DNA of 22,398 bases. It comes from a virus (Duplodnaviria > Heunggongvirae > Uroviricota > Caudoviricetes). Position 1 is the stretch's first letter, and each line of letters starts with the position of its first letter. Under the pieces are notes generated by a model. It worked only from the letters and a program-made list of their open reading frames with translations. It was not told where the DNA came from and did no database searches. Location: the IMG/VR virus record IMGVR_UViG_2563366887_000003; one strand, given 5' to 3'. Both the position numbers and the translations under genes were made by a program. Below, in pieces: positions 9,257 to 17,040 of this stretch.

Positions 9257-10258
9257 ATGGATATTCGCACACGAAAGACAAAATTTTTAGAGTCGTTAGA
9301 TTCAACTGAAGTGATACGCAAAGCAGTAAGTCTCGCTATAGATTGCATTATTGATAATCATAATAGTAATGAAGATACCCCCTTAGTTATTACCAGCTAT
9401 GATGATCTCTGTAGAATCCAGGTGCTAAATTATGTACAGGAGTTTTGCGAAGCTGCATTCCCTGATATGGATGAATATTACTTTAGTCCTAACATACTTC
9501 GCATCAACGGCAAGACTAGTGAAGAAGCTTGTATTAACTTAATTAAACTCTTAAGAAGTACAAAAGGCATGCTATTCTGGTCCGATGCCCCATCGTGGTT
9601 CGCTAGCCTCCCCGACGGATTATTCCATGTTGTTAACATTGATCAAAAAATCGTTACTCGCGGCCTTAATAAGAAAAACTCTAAGCCGACAATAATCAAT
9701 AAAGATTACAGTGTAGATACACTACTATCAGAGCTATTTTTGAATGGCGCACACATGGAGCAACCCAACGTACACAACGTTTCTGAGGGAAACATGAAGT
9801 TCTATGATGAATGCCATGCTGGATTAATCAGACCAATACCCGCTCCAATAGGCGCGTCATACGATGAAGAGATCACAATTAATTCTCCAGATTGGCAAAA
9901 GCTCGCGTGTGTAGCTTTACGCCGCTATCAGTCGAAGGAATGTCATGACGGAATGCAATGGGATACAACCGATCATGGTTGGACTGATGTAATCGCGTAT
10001 CCATTCGTCGAAGAAATACAATCAATGGATAATAGTGGTTATCGACAATGTTTAGTTGGGCTGGTCACAATAAACAATTCAAATGCAAATTCTCCGTACC
10101 TATCTACCGTTTGGATACATCCATTTTATCGCAGGAGAGGGTTATTAAGTAAGTTATGGCCAAAATTACAAGAGTTATATGGAAGTAACTTCGAAATTGA
10201 GCGACCTAATGAAAATATGAAAGCATTTCTGAAAAGTGCGAAACACGCAGATTACTAA
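9257..10258 (+). CDS. Hypothetical protein B of the two-gene operon (333 aa)
   Basis: ATG 15 nt after the stop of protein A, same strand, same AT-rich composition. C-terminus (WIHPFYRRRGLLSKLW...NENMKAFLKSA) loosely resembles GNAT motifs A and B but the tail is too short for a canonical GNAT fold. Confidence 0.75.
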   Translation: MDIRTRKTKFLESLDSTEVIRKAVSLAIDCIIDNHNSNEDTPLVITSYDDLCRIQVLNYVQEFCEAAFPDMDEYYFSPNILRINGKTSEEACINLIKLLRSTKGMLFWSDAPSWFASLPDGLFHVVNIDQKIVTRGLNKKNSKPTIINKDYSVDTLLSELFLNGAHMEQPNVHNVSEGNMKFYDECHAGLIRPIPAPIGASYDEEITINSPDWQKLACVALRRYQSKECHDGMQWDTTDHGWTDVIAYPFVEEIQSMDNSGYRQCLVGLVTINNSNANSPYLSTVWIHPFYRRRGLLSKLWPKLQELYGSNFEIERPNENMKAFLKSAKHADY

Positions 10259-10812
10259 TTTATGAATCAGTCTGTGGAGTTAGGGTTGGTGTGAACAAGT
10301 AGGGTAAGAGCCTCAACGTGATGCTATGCCGACCTGCTCCCTGAGAATTCACACAGAAGGCTGCTAGCAATGTCTGCAGATCGCTCAAAGCGGACTAAAA
10401 TGTTGGCTTGTTTCTGACTTAGAGCATTTAAGGAAGTGCTGGTGGTGACTGGTTGTTGTGTTCCATTTCTACAGAATAAAATCACAGAAACTATACCCAA
10501 TAGTTGTATTGAATCACTGACGAGACAGCCTCATATTTATCAGGACTGGTGTGCGTCTAATACAGGGGGTTGTCGTGCTGGTTCTCAAATGTGCGCTGGC
10601 TATTGCGGCTGTAATGGCAATTTATTGTCTTGCTGTTGTTCTTATGGAGCGGCTTTCTGATTGATTACATACTGGCTAGAAAAAAGGTGTTACCTTGGTT
10701 TATCTTTGTCCGGCAAGGTGCGCTCATTAATCTTAAGTAAATTTATTGCTCAAGTATTCAGATTACTTCTTATGGTTGAAGTCTCCTGTCAATGTAGAAC
10801 CAATATATTTAC

Positions 10813-10850
10813 AAAAATGAGACCCGTCGGGGATAGCCCTGCCGGGTCTG
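10813..10850 (-). terminator. Rho-independent terminator downstream of the YeaR-like gene
   Basis: On the minus strand: GC-rich hairpin agacccg...cgggtct followed by cattttt, about 30 nt after the stop at 10879. Confidence 0.5.
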
Positions 10851-10878
10851 ACTGTTAAAGCATTTTTAATATGATCAT

Positions 10879-11217
10879 CTATTTTTTGGTGCTATAGACT
10901 TTTTCGCCCGAAAAGTCTGGAGCGACCCAAAAGTTAATATTAAACTGAGCATCATCGCTTAGTTCAACACGGTGCCAGTATTGTGGTGGGCTTGTTGCAA
11001 AAGCGCCAGCATTAATGACTACTTTTATCTCCGGTTCAGTAGCATTCTCATCAGTAAAACCATAATATGTTACAGTGCCTTCCATTACGCACAACTGCCC
11101 AAAAACACCTGCTGCTGTATTATGATGTGTTAATAACGCTGAAGGTACGTTCTCTTTTGTGAAGAACGGAGTTGAGCGTTTGATTACCCAATCTTTAGGA
11201 ATTCTCTTGTGTGTCAT
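10879..11217 (-). CDS. YeaR-like DUF1971 (cupin-like, TehB-N-domain-like) protein, 112 aa
   Basis: ATG at 11215-11217 with GGAGGAGGTGG Shine-Dalgarno. Sequence pattern RSTPFF...LCVMEGTVTYYGF...EP...AGAFA..PP..WH...FNINFWVAP parallels E. coli YeaR as I remember it. The track ORF starts 8 codons upstream, inside the palindrome. Confidence 0.7.
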   Translation of the reverse strand: MTHKRIPKDWVIKRSTPFFTKENVPSALLTHHNTAAGVFGQLCVMEGTVTYYGFTDENATEPEIKVVINAGAFATSPPQYWHRVELSDDAQFNINFWVAPDFSGEKVYSTKK

Positions 11218-11225
11218 AACCACCT

Positions 11226-11272
11226 CCTCCAAAAGATGCATTAAAAATGCATCTTTTGGAGGGTTATGTCAA
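11226..11272 (-). promoter_or_regulatory. Perfect 17-bp inverted repeat (3-nt spacer) resembling an NsrR operator, with a consensus -35 TTGACA immediately upstream
   Basis: cctccaaaagatgcatt-aaa-aatgcatcttttggagg at 11226-11262. Its core AAGATGCATTAAAAATGCATCTT matches the NsrR box (AAGATGCATTT-N-AAATGCATCTT, as I recall it) at 22 of 23 positions. On the minus strand TTGACA (plus 11267-11272) lies just upstream; the repeat ends 9 nt before the start codon. Confidence 0.6.
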
Positions 11273-12030
11273 GCTGTTATGAAACACATAATTGATATGT
11301 TGATTAGAGGAGAAGATAGAATAAATATGGTTGTTTTTCGTATAACTATTTGTTTTACTTTTAGTTTATGCATTCTGTGTGTTAGGAATAAGTTATTAAA
11401 GTTTAATCAAAAAATCTCGATGTAGTCCACATAGATTACTGTTACTGAACCTTATTGTGTGTATTAGTTGTGTTCTGAAATTTCAGCTTAATTATTTATG
11501 ATGTATTTTTTAACGATAAATATTTCCCCAGGATACCTTTACTGTGTATATAAATAAATTATATACGCATAAATAATGTAAAGGCGTCCTTTTAGATATA
11601 TCTTATCAAATGTTAATGACTTGAGTGGGAAATATGATTCCAGCAACTTATCATGTGGCTACTTTATAAAAATAATGCCCATATAAAACAACAAGCGAAA
11701 AGGATTACGGATAAAAAAGGAGCGAGATGTGCGAACTTGTTATTTTCCATGTTTAACCACCTTAAATAATTGATGATGACGGGATGATTGCATCTGTAAT
11801 GCTTTTATTGAAATGTTATGATAAAAAAGAACTTTTGCATAACATTAAAATGTAATTTATCTAATCGTTTTTAATAATAAGTGTCGTATTTCTATCCTTG
11901 TACCAGCTATTTGATATGTAGTGTTTGTTCATGCTATGTGGGGCTTTACACCATAGCCAGTTTATTTATACTTTATTCGTCAGCCTGAACAACTGGCATC
12001 TGCTGCGCTGCGCCATCGAGAGATTGAGAA

Positions 12031-12630
12031 ATGGCGCATATACAACTGGTCAAACAAACCTCTTCTGGTTTACTTCTCCCGGCGACGCCGGAGAGTTGCG
12101 ATTTTCTGCATCAAATCAAAATAGGTGAGTGGATACACGCAGACTTTAAGCGTGTGCGTAACTACGCATTCCACAAGCGTTTTTTCAAACTCCTGCAACT
12201 GGGATTCGATTACTGGACTCCGGTCGGTGGGGCGATCACGCCTCGCGAACGAGAACTGCTGTCTGGTTTCGTTGATTACCTGTGCGAATCAGTTGGTCGG
12301 GAACACACGCCAGCCCTGAGTGATGCCGCAGAGCAATACCTTAACACCGTTGCGACTCGTAGAACCCGGGATACGGCGTTGCTAAAGTCGTTTGAGGCTT
12401 TCCGCGAGTGGGTAACCATTCAGGCCGGATTTTACACCGAGCATATTTATCCGGACGGTAGCCGTGGGCGTCGGGCAAAATCCATCGCTTTTGCGAATAT
12501 GGACGAAGTCGAGTTTCAGCAGGTTTATAAATCTGTACTGAATGTGCTGTGGAACTGGATTCTGTTCCGTAAATTCTCCTCTCAGGAGGAAGTTGAAAAT
12601 GTGGCCGCACAACTACTGGAGTTTGCGTAA
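12031..12630 (+). CDS. Lambdoid nin-region protein, DUF1367-like (199 aa)
   Basis: ATG at 12031; the stop overlaps the next start (TAATG). Placement directly before the YbcO-like and Q-like genes is typical for nin regions. The family assignment is from memory and not certain. Confidence 0.65.
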   Translation: MAHIQLVKQTSSGLLLPATPESCDFLHQIKIGEWIHADFKRVRNYAFHKRFFKLLQLGFDYWTPVGGAITPRERELLSGFVDYLCESVGREHTPALSDAAEQYLNTVATRRTRDTALLKSFEAFREWVTIQAGFYTEHIYPDGSRGRRAKSIAFANMDEVEFQQVYKSVLNVLWNWILFRKFSSQEEVENVAAQLLEFA

Positions 12631-12920
12631 TGGTGAATTTACGTAAAGCGGCTAAAGGCCAGATGTGCCAGATCAGAATCCCTGGCTACTGCAATCACAA
12701 TCCCGAAACCTCTGTGCTGGCGCATTACAGGCTGGCGGGGACGTGCGGAACAGCGACAAAACCACATGATATGCAGGCGGCGATAGCCTGTAGCTCATGC
12801 CACGATCTAATCGACGGGCGGGTAAAAACCAGCGATTACACCAAAGAAGAATTGCGCCTGATGCATGCTGAAGGGGTTTTTCGCACACAAGAAATCTGGA
12901 GAAAGAAAGGTCATTTATGA
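12630..12920 (+). CDS. YbcO-like DUF1364 protein (96 aa, Cys/His-rich putative nuclease)
   Basis: MVNLRKAAKGQMCQIRIPGYCNHNPETSVLAHYRLAG..CSSCHDLIDGR contains a Cys/His cluster. Same length and position (just before Q) as DLP12 YbcO. Confidence 0.7.
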   Translation: MVNLRKAAKGQMCQIRIPGYCNHNPETSVLAHYRLAGTCGTATKPHDMQAAIACSSCHDLIDGRVKTSDYTKEELRLMHAEGVFRTQEIWRKKGHL

Positions 12921-13459
12921 TTTACCCAACGAATACAGGAAAAAGCGGAGAACACCTTCGCCTCACCACGCTGGAAAGTGTCTGGATTCAGGGAAAACTA
13001 CGTATGTGGGGGCGCTGGTCGTATATTGGCGGTGGCAGGTCAGGGAATATGTTCAATCAGTTGTTGGCATACAAAAAACTGACGAAAACAGCCATTAATG
13101 AAGCCCTGCGCAGAATGAAAAAAGCGGGAATAGAGAAAGCTGAGCTGGAAGCGTTTTTGCGAGAGATGATCAACGGCAAGCAAAAGAGCTGGCTGGCGCA
13201 TTGTACTGATGCAGAGGCGTTATGTATTGATCGAGTCATAAGTGAGGTGCTGGCAGAGCATCCAGGATTGATTTGCATTCTCCGGCAACGCTATGAAGGG
13301 CGGGGGATGACTAAGCGCAAAATGGCTGAATTGCTAAATGATGCACACCCAGAGTGGTGTTTTAGCACATGCGAAAAACGGATTGCTAATTGGTTAGCTG
13401 TTGCTGAGTATGCCCTATATATTCCCATGCGTGAATCATTTGCTGAGAAAATGGCTTGA
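12917..13459 (+). CDS. Late-gene antiterminator Q-like protein (180 aa)
   Basis: ATGA start/stop overlap with the preceding gene. Last gene before terminators and the lysis cassette, which is the canonical Q position. Family called from position and general resemblance only. Confidence 0.55.
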   Translation: MIYPTNTGKSGEHLRLTTLESVWIQGKLRMWGRWSYIGGGRSGNMFNQLLAYKKLTKTAINEALRRMKKAGIEKAELEAFLREMINGKQKSWLAHCTDAEALCIDRVISEVLAEHPGLICILRQRYEGRGMTKRKMAELLNDAHPEWCFSTCEKRIANWLAVAEYALYIPMRESFAEKMA

Positions 13460-13540
13460 TTTCTTACGTATAAACTGCTTCAATTTTGCTATGCTTCGCA
13501 AAGCTGTATCGCGAGGCGGATTGCAGACATGGACATCGTA

Positions 13541-13566
13541 AAAAAACCGCTTAATGCGGTTTTTTT
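13541..13566. terminator. Bidirectional rho-independent terminator after the Q-like gene
   Basis: aaaaaaccgc-ttaat-gcggttttttt: a short GC stem flanked by an A6 run and a T7 run. Confidence 0.6.
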
Positions 13567-13886
13567 ACGTCAGGAAAGCAGGGGAGAATGCTGCTAGTTG
13601 GGCAACTGGTCTTTCTGCTCCAAATTATAACAGAGACCAGTTATAGTTTCGGTGCTGTGTTTTTTTTACAATATTGTGATAACACATTGCTGGCGGGAGT
13701 TTTGATATTTCTTGGCAGGGGCTGATGATGCGTTATCCTGATGTCGTCAACTCATATAAAATGAGATGAGAGATCATTGCAGGGTGGTTTGTAATTCGCT
13801 GTTTAGCGGGACAATATGTTGTCTGATACAAGACACCCGACGCCTCAGATTACTATAATAAAGACGAAGCATCCTTTGTATTGACC

Positions 13887-13912
13887 AACCGCCTGTTTAG
13901 GCGGTTCTTTTT
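13887..13912 (+). terminator. Rho-independent terminator (tR'-like candidate)
   Basis: aaccgcc-tgttta-ggcggtt followed by cttttt. Confidence 0.55.
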
Positions 13913-14444
13913 GGGCTGGTTTATTGTATGCCAAATGATTATTAAAAAGGTTGTGTTAATAACAAAATCCGAAATAATATGCCTGCATATTTTTATCTTG
14001 CTTATATTCTGCATATTGTGCATAGCAGGCTCATCCCTGCAATCAAAACTGTATGATGAGTATTTTTTGTTTTCCTTTTTTCCAGTCATCTGATGATGAC
14101 CTGCTTCTTTTTAATCCGGATCGACATCAGTTTTTTAAGATAATTCCTGCGAGTTATATGCATAAATGCCACAAACTCCGCATTTTATGTGGTTGGGAGT
14201 TGCCGGGCGCGCAGTGAGTTTGCTAAGAAAACTCCTGCATGGTGAATCCCCCTGTGCGGTGGGGTGATACCATTAACCTTTTCTGTCGCCGACAGGTATC
14301 ACGAACATTTTGTTCACCGGGAGGCACCCGGCACCATGCACTTCAATAGATTCTCTCCACATTATGGATATTCTTTCAGAATATCCCACGCAGACTTTGT
14401 GTAAATGTTAACAAATGTGCGTTTTATTTGATCTGATTCGCTGT

Positions 14445-14474
14445 TTGAGCGTCCAAAACAACGGTATATATAAT
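14445..14474 (+). promoter_or_regulatory. Candidate sigma70 promoter for the first TolA-like lipoprotein gene
   Basis: TTGAGC (14445-14450), 18-nt spacer, TATAAT (14469-14474), about 30 nt upstream of the start codon. Confidence 0.4.
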
Positions 14475-14503
14475 CCTTTACTATATGACATATGTGAGGA
14501 AAA

Positions 14504-14932
14504 ATGGGTTTTCGTAGCGCATCAATTCTTACGTTGATTATTAGTGGGATTATTATCGGGTGCACTGATGCTGTATCGACAAATTATCATGACCGTACAT
14601 CATATTACTCCGATAAAGCAATAGAGACACAGTATGTGAGTTCATCTGAACGTACTTCTGATGTTAGTGAGGATATCCGTCTGTATGCCCATCAAATCAA
14701 GAGCGCCATCGAAAAACAGTTCGGGGATGCGAGTAAGTATTCAGGAAAAGAGTGTACACTGAGAATGCATATGGCCCCGAATGGCCTTCTACTGGAGGTT
14801 AAAAGAGAAAGTGGAGACCTCGATTTATGTCGTGAAGCGATGAATGCGATAAAGAATGCTGATATACCTGCCCCCCCTTCGCCGGAAGTATATAAAGTAT
14901 TTCAAAATGGGGTGCTGGATTTTAAACCCTGA
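14504..14932 (+). CDS. Lipoprotein with a C-terminal TolA-domain-III-like domain (142 aa)
   Basis: Signal peptide with lipobox IIGC (MGFRSASILTLIISGIIIGC). C-terminal 85 aa, YAHQIKSAIEKQFGDASKYSGKECTLRMHMAPNGLLLEVKRESGDLDLCREAMNAIKNADIPAPPSPEVYKVFQNGVLDFKP, closely parallels the TolA C-terminus as I recall it (YAGQIKSAIESKFYDASSYAGKTCTLRIKLAPDGMLLDIKPEGGDPALCQAALAAAKLAKIPKPPSQAVYEVFKNAPLDFKP). Confidence 0.8.
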   Translation: MGFRSASILTLIISGIIIGCTDAVSTNYHDRTSYYSDKAIETQYVSSSERTSDVSEDIRLYAHQIKSAIEKQFGDASKYSGKECTLRMHMAPNGLLLEVKRESGDLDLCREAMNAIKNADIPAPPSPEVYKVFQNGVLDFKP

Positions 14933-15082
14933 TATTTATTGTTTTGTAATAAACGGTTTCGGCTTAGGTTTGTTCTGACACAGCTACGGCACTGAGCTAA
15001 ATTTAGCGGATAGTCAGCTCTGAGCCAGTGGCGGACGTAACAACTACTATTGCTGAGATTTTAATGGATTGAGGAGCAAGAA

Positions 15083-15478
15083 GTGGGATTAAAGAAAATC
15101 GTTATGTTGACTTTTTGGGTCGGTTTTGTTGCGGGATGCACACCTTTACACCCTTCAGATTGCCACAAAACTACTGCTACAGGTAGTTGCAGTTCAGGAC
15201 GCTGGGATGATCAGGATGAATGGGGGGCGCAAGCGCGGGGAATCAGAGCTGCAATTAATGCCAAACTTGATGAGCCGCATAACTGGAAAGGGAAAAAATG
15301 CAGGTTGCATATGGAATTCTCTCAGGATGGCACGGCGTTAAAAATATCTACCAGTAACGGTGATAAAGCCTATTGCGAAGCGATAAAGTCCGCAGCTCAT
15401 AAAGCCAAATTTCCGGCCTTCAACAATCCGGAAGTCTACAGAGATTTTCAGAAATCTGGCTTTGACATGCGAGGTTAG
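15083..15478 (+). CDS. Second, more divergent TolA-domain-III-like lipoprotein (131 aa)
   Basis: GTG start at 15083 with GAGGAG 6 nt upstream. Lipobox VAGC (MGLKKIVMLTFWVGFVAGC). C-terminus KKCRLHMEFSQDGTALKISTSNGDKAYCEAIKSAAHKAKFPAFNNPEVYRDFQKSGFDMRG keeps the two Cys residues and the PEVY motif of the first copy. Confidence 0.7.
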   Translation: MGLKKIVMLTFWVGFVAGCTPLHPSDCHKTTATGSCSSGRWDDQDEWGAQARGIRAAINAKLDEPHNWKGKKCRLHMEFSQDGTALKISTSNGDKAYCEAIKSAAHKAKFPAFNNPEVYRDFQKSGFDMRG

Positions 15479-15729
15479 CTCTTCAATTACTATATCTCAT
15501 TCATAGCAAACTGACAGATTTGATGATGTTCTATATACGAAACCTGTGATGTCAAGTCTGAGCTAATACAAATAAACATAATATCAGAGAAATACATTTT
15601 ATTAGCTCGCTACGGCGAGCTTTTTATATTGCATCGTCTCCAGCATATATATCAATTAAGGCTCTGATTGATGTGTCTGAAAGCCTACACATAATAACTA
15701 TGCCATCCGTTCCGTGCGGAGGTGAGGCT

Positions 15730-15945
15730 ATGAAATCCATGGACAAAATTTCAACAGGCATTGCCTACGGCACCTCCGCAGGCAGTGCTGGCTACTGGTT
15801 TTTACAGTTGCTCGATAGAGTAACTCCGTCACAGTGGGCTGCAATCGGTGTGCTGGGTAGTCTGGTATTTGGCCTGCTGACGTACCTGACAAACCTTTAT
15901 TTCAAGATTAAAGAAGATAAGCGCAAGGCTGCGAGAGGTGAATAA
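15730..15945 (+). CDS. Phage 21-type pinholin (S21-like, 71 aa) with dual-start motif
   Basis: [71 protein letters not shown]. Two in-frame ATGs (15730 and 15739; M-K-S-M) as in S21 antiholin/holin. GGAGGTGAGG Shine-Dalgarno upstream; TAATG overlap with the endolysin. Confidence 0.85.
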   Translation: MKSMDKISTGIAYGTSAGSAGYWFLQLLDRVTPSQWAAIGVLGSLVFGLLTYLTNLYFKIKEDKRKAARGE

Positions 15946-16442
15946 TGCCTCCATCATTACGAAAAGTCGTTGCTGCTGCTATTGGTGGCGGAGCAATTGC
16001 TATAGCATCAGTGTTAATCACTGGCCCAAGTGGTAACGATGGTCTGGAAGGTGTCAGCTACATACCATACAAAGATATTGTTGGTGTATGGACTGTATGT
16101 CACGGGCATACAGGAAAAGACATCATGCTCGGTAAAACGTATACCAAAGCAGAATGCAAAACACTCTTGAATAAAGACCTTGCCACTGTCGCCAGACAAA
16201 TTAACCCGTACATCAAAGTCGATATACCGGAAACAACGCGCGGCGCTCTTTACTCATTCGTTTACAACGTGGGTGCTGGCAATTTCAGAACATCGACGCT
16301 TCTTCGCAAAATAAACCAGGGCGATATCAAAGGCGCATGTGATCAGCTACGTCGCTGGACATATGCTGGCGGTAAGCAATGGAAAGGTCTCATGACTCGT
16401 CGTGAGATTGAGCGTGAAATCTGTTTGTGGGGTCAGCAATGA
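15945..16442 (+). CDS. SAR endolysin (R21-like lysozyme, 165 aa)
   Basis: N-terminal Gly/Ala-rich weakly hydrophobic signal-anchor-release segment ([20 protein letters not shown]) followed by a lysozyme-like domain; overlaps the holin stop and the Rz start. Confidence 0.85.
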   Translation: MPPSLRKVVAAAIGGGAIAIASVLITGPSGNDGLEGVSYIPYKDIVGVWTVCHGHTGKDIMLGKTYTKAECKTLLNKDLATVARQINPYIKVDIPETTRGALYSFVYNVGAGNFRTSTLLRKINQGDIKGACDQLRRWTYAGGKQWKGLMTRREIEREICLWGQQ

Positions 16443-16903
16443 ACAGAGTAACCGCGATTATCTCCGCTCTGGTTATCTGCATCATCGTCTGCCTGTCATG
16501 GGCTGTTAATCATTACCGTGATAACGCCATTACCTACAAAGCCCAGCGCGACAAAAATGCCAGAGAACTGAAGCTGGCGAACGCGGCAATTACTGACATG
16601 CAGATGCGTCAGCGTGATGTTGCTGCGCTCGATGCAAAATACACGAAGGAGTTAGCTGATGCGAAAGCTGAAAATGATGCTCTGCGTGATGATGTTGCCG
16701 CTGGTCGTCGTCGGTTGCACATCAAAGCAGTCTGTCAGTCAGTGCGTGAAGCCACCACCGCCTCCGGCGTGGATAATGCAGCCTCCCCCCGACTGGCAGA
16801 CACCGCTGAACGGGATTATTTCACCCTCCGGGAACGACTGGTAATGATGCAGGCCCAACTTGAAGGTGCTCAGCAATACATAACCGAGCAGTGTTTAAAG
16901 TAA
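16439..16903 (+). CDS. Rz-like i-spanin (154 aa)
   Basis: ATG at 16439 overlaps the endolysin stop (ATGA). N-terminal TM segment followed by a coiled-coil-like Ala/Arg/Asp-rich periplasmic domain. The track ORF starts at GTG 16427. Confidence 0.8.
   Translation: MNRVTAIISALVICIIVCLSWAVNHYRDNAITYKAQRDKNARELKLANAAITDMQMRQRDVAALDAKYTKELADAKAENDALRDDVAAGRRRLHIKAVCQSVREATTASGVDNAASPRLADTAERDYFTLRERLVMMQAQLEGAQQYITEQCLK
16659..16844 (+). CDS. rzoR: Rz1-like o-spanin lipoprotein (61 aa), embedded in the +1 frame of Rz
   Basis: [24 protein letters not shown]...[15 protein letters not shown]: lipobox VVGC and a proline-rich tail; matches my recollection of Rac RzoR. Confidence 0.8.
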   Translation: MRKLKMMLCVMMLPLVVVGCTSKQSVSQCVKPPPPPAWIMQPPPDWQTPLNGIISPSGNDW

Positions 16904-17040
16904 AATCTTAACTACAATATGATTCATTTTGATGATTGTTTCATAAGGAACAGTGAAGTAAGATCTAAGAGGAGTTAAATTTTATACAGTATAATCATAA
17001 TATTGCAGCAAGGTGGTTATAATTGAAAGAATATTTAGAT

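Noticed and set aside
9950-10258. Calling protein B a GNAT acetyltransferase toxin
   Set aside because: Only motif A-like and motif B-like stretches are visible, and too few residues follow them for a complete GNAT fold. Kept as a hypothesis, not an annotation.
13853-14093. Two overlapping opposite-strand ORFs (78 and 70 aa) after the Q-like gene
   Set aside because: Both overlap the 13887-13912 terminator hairpin and lie in AT-rich intergenic DNA; the plus ORF starts at TTG. No support for coding.
17023-17040. Upstream TTG start proposed by the track for trkG (MKEYLD...)
   Set aside because: The first ATG (17041, MNTSHV...) gives the 485-aa length I expect for TrkG; the six extra codons are not supported.
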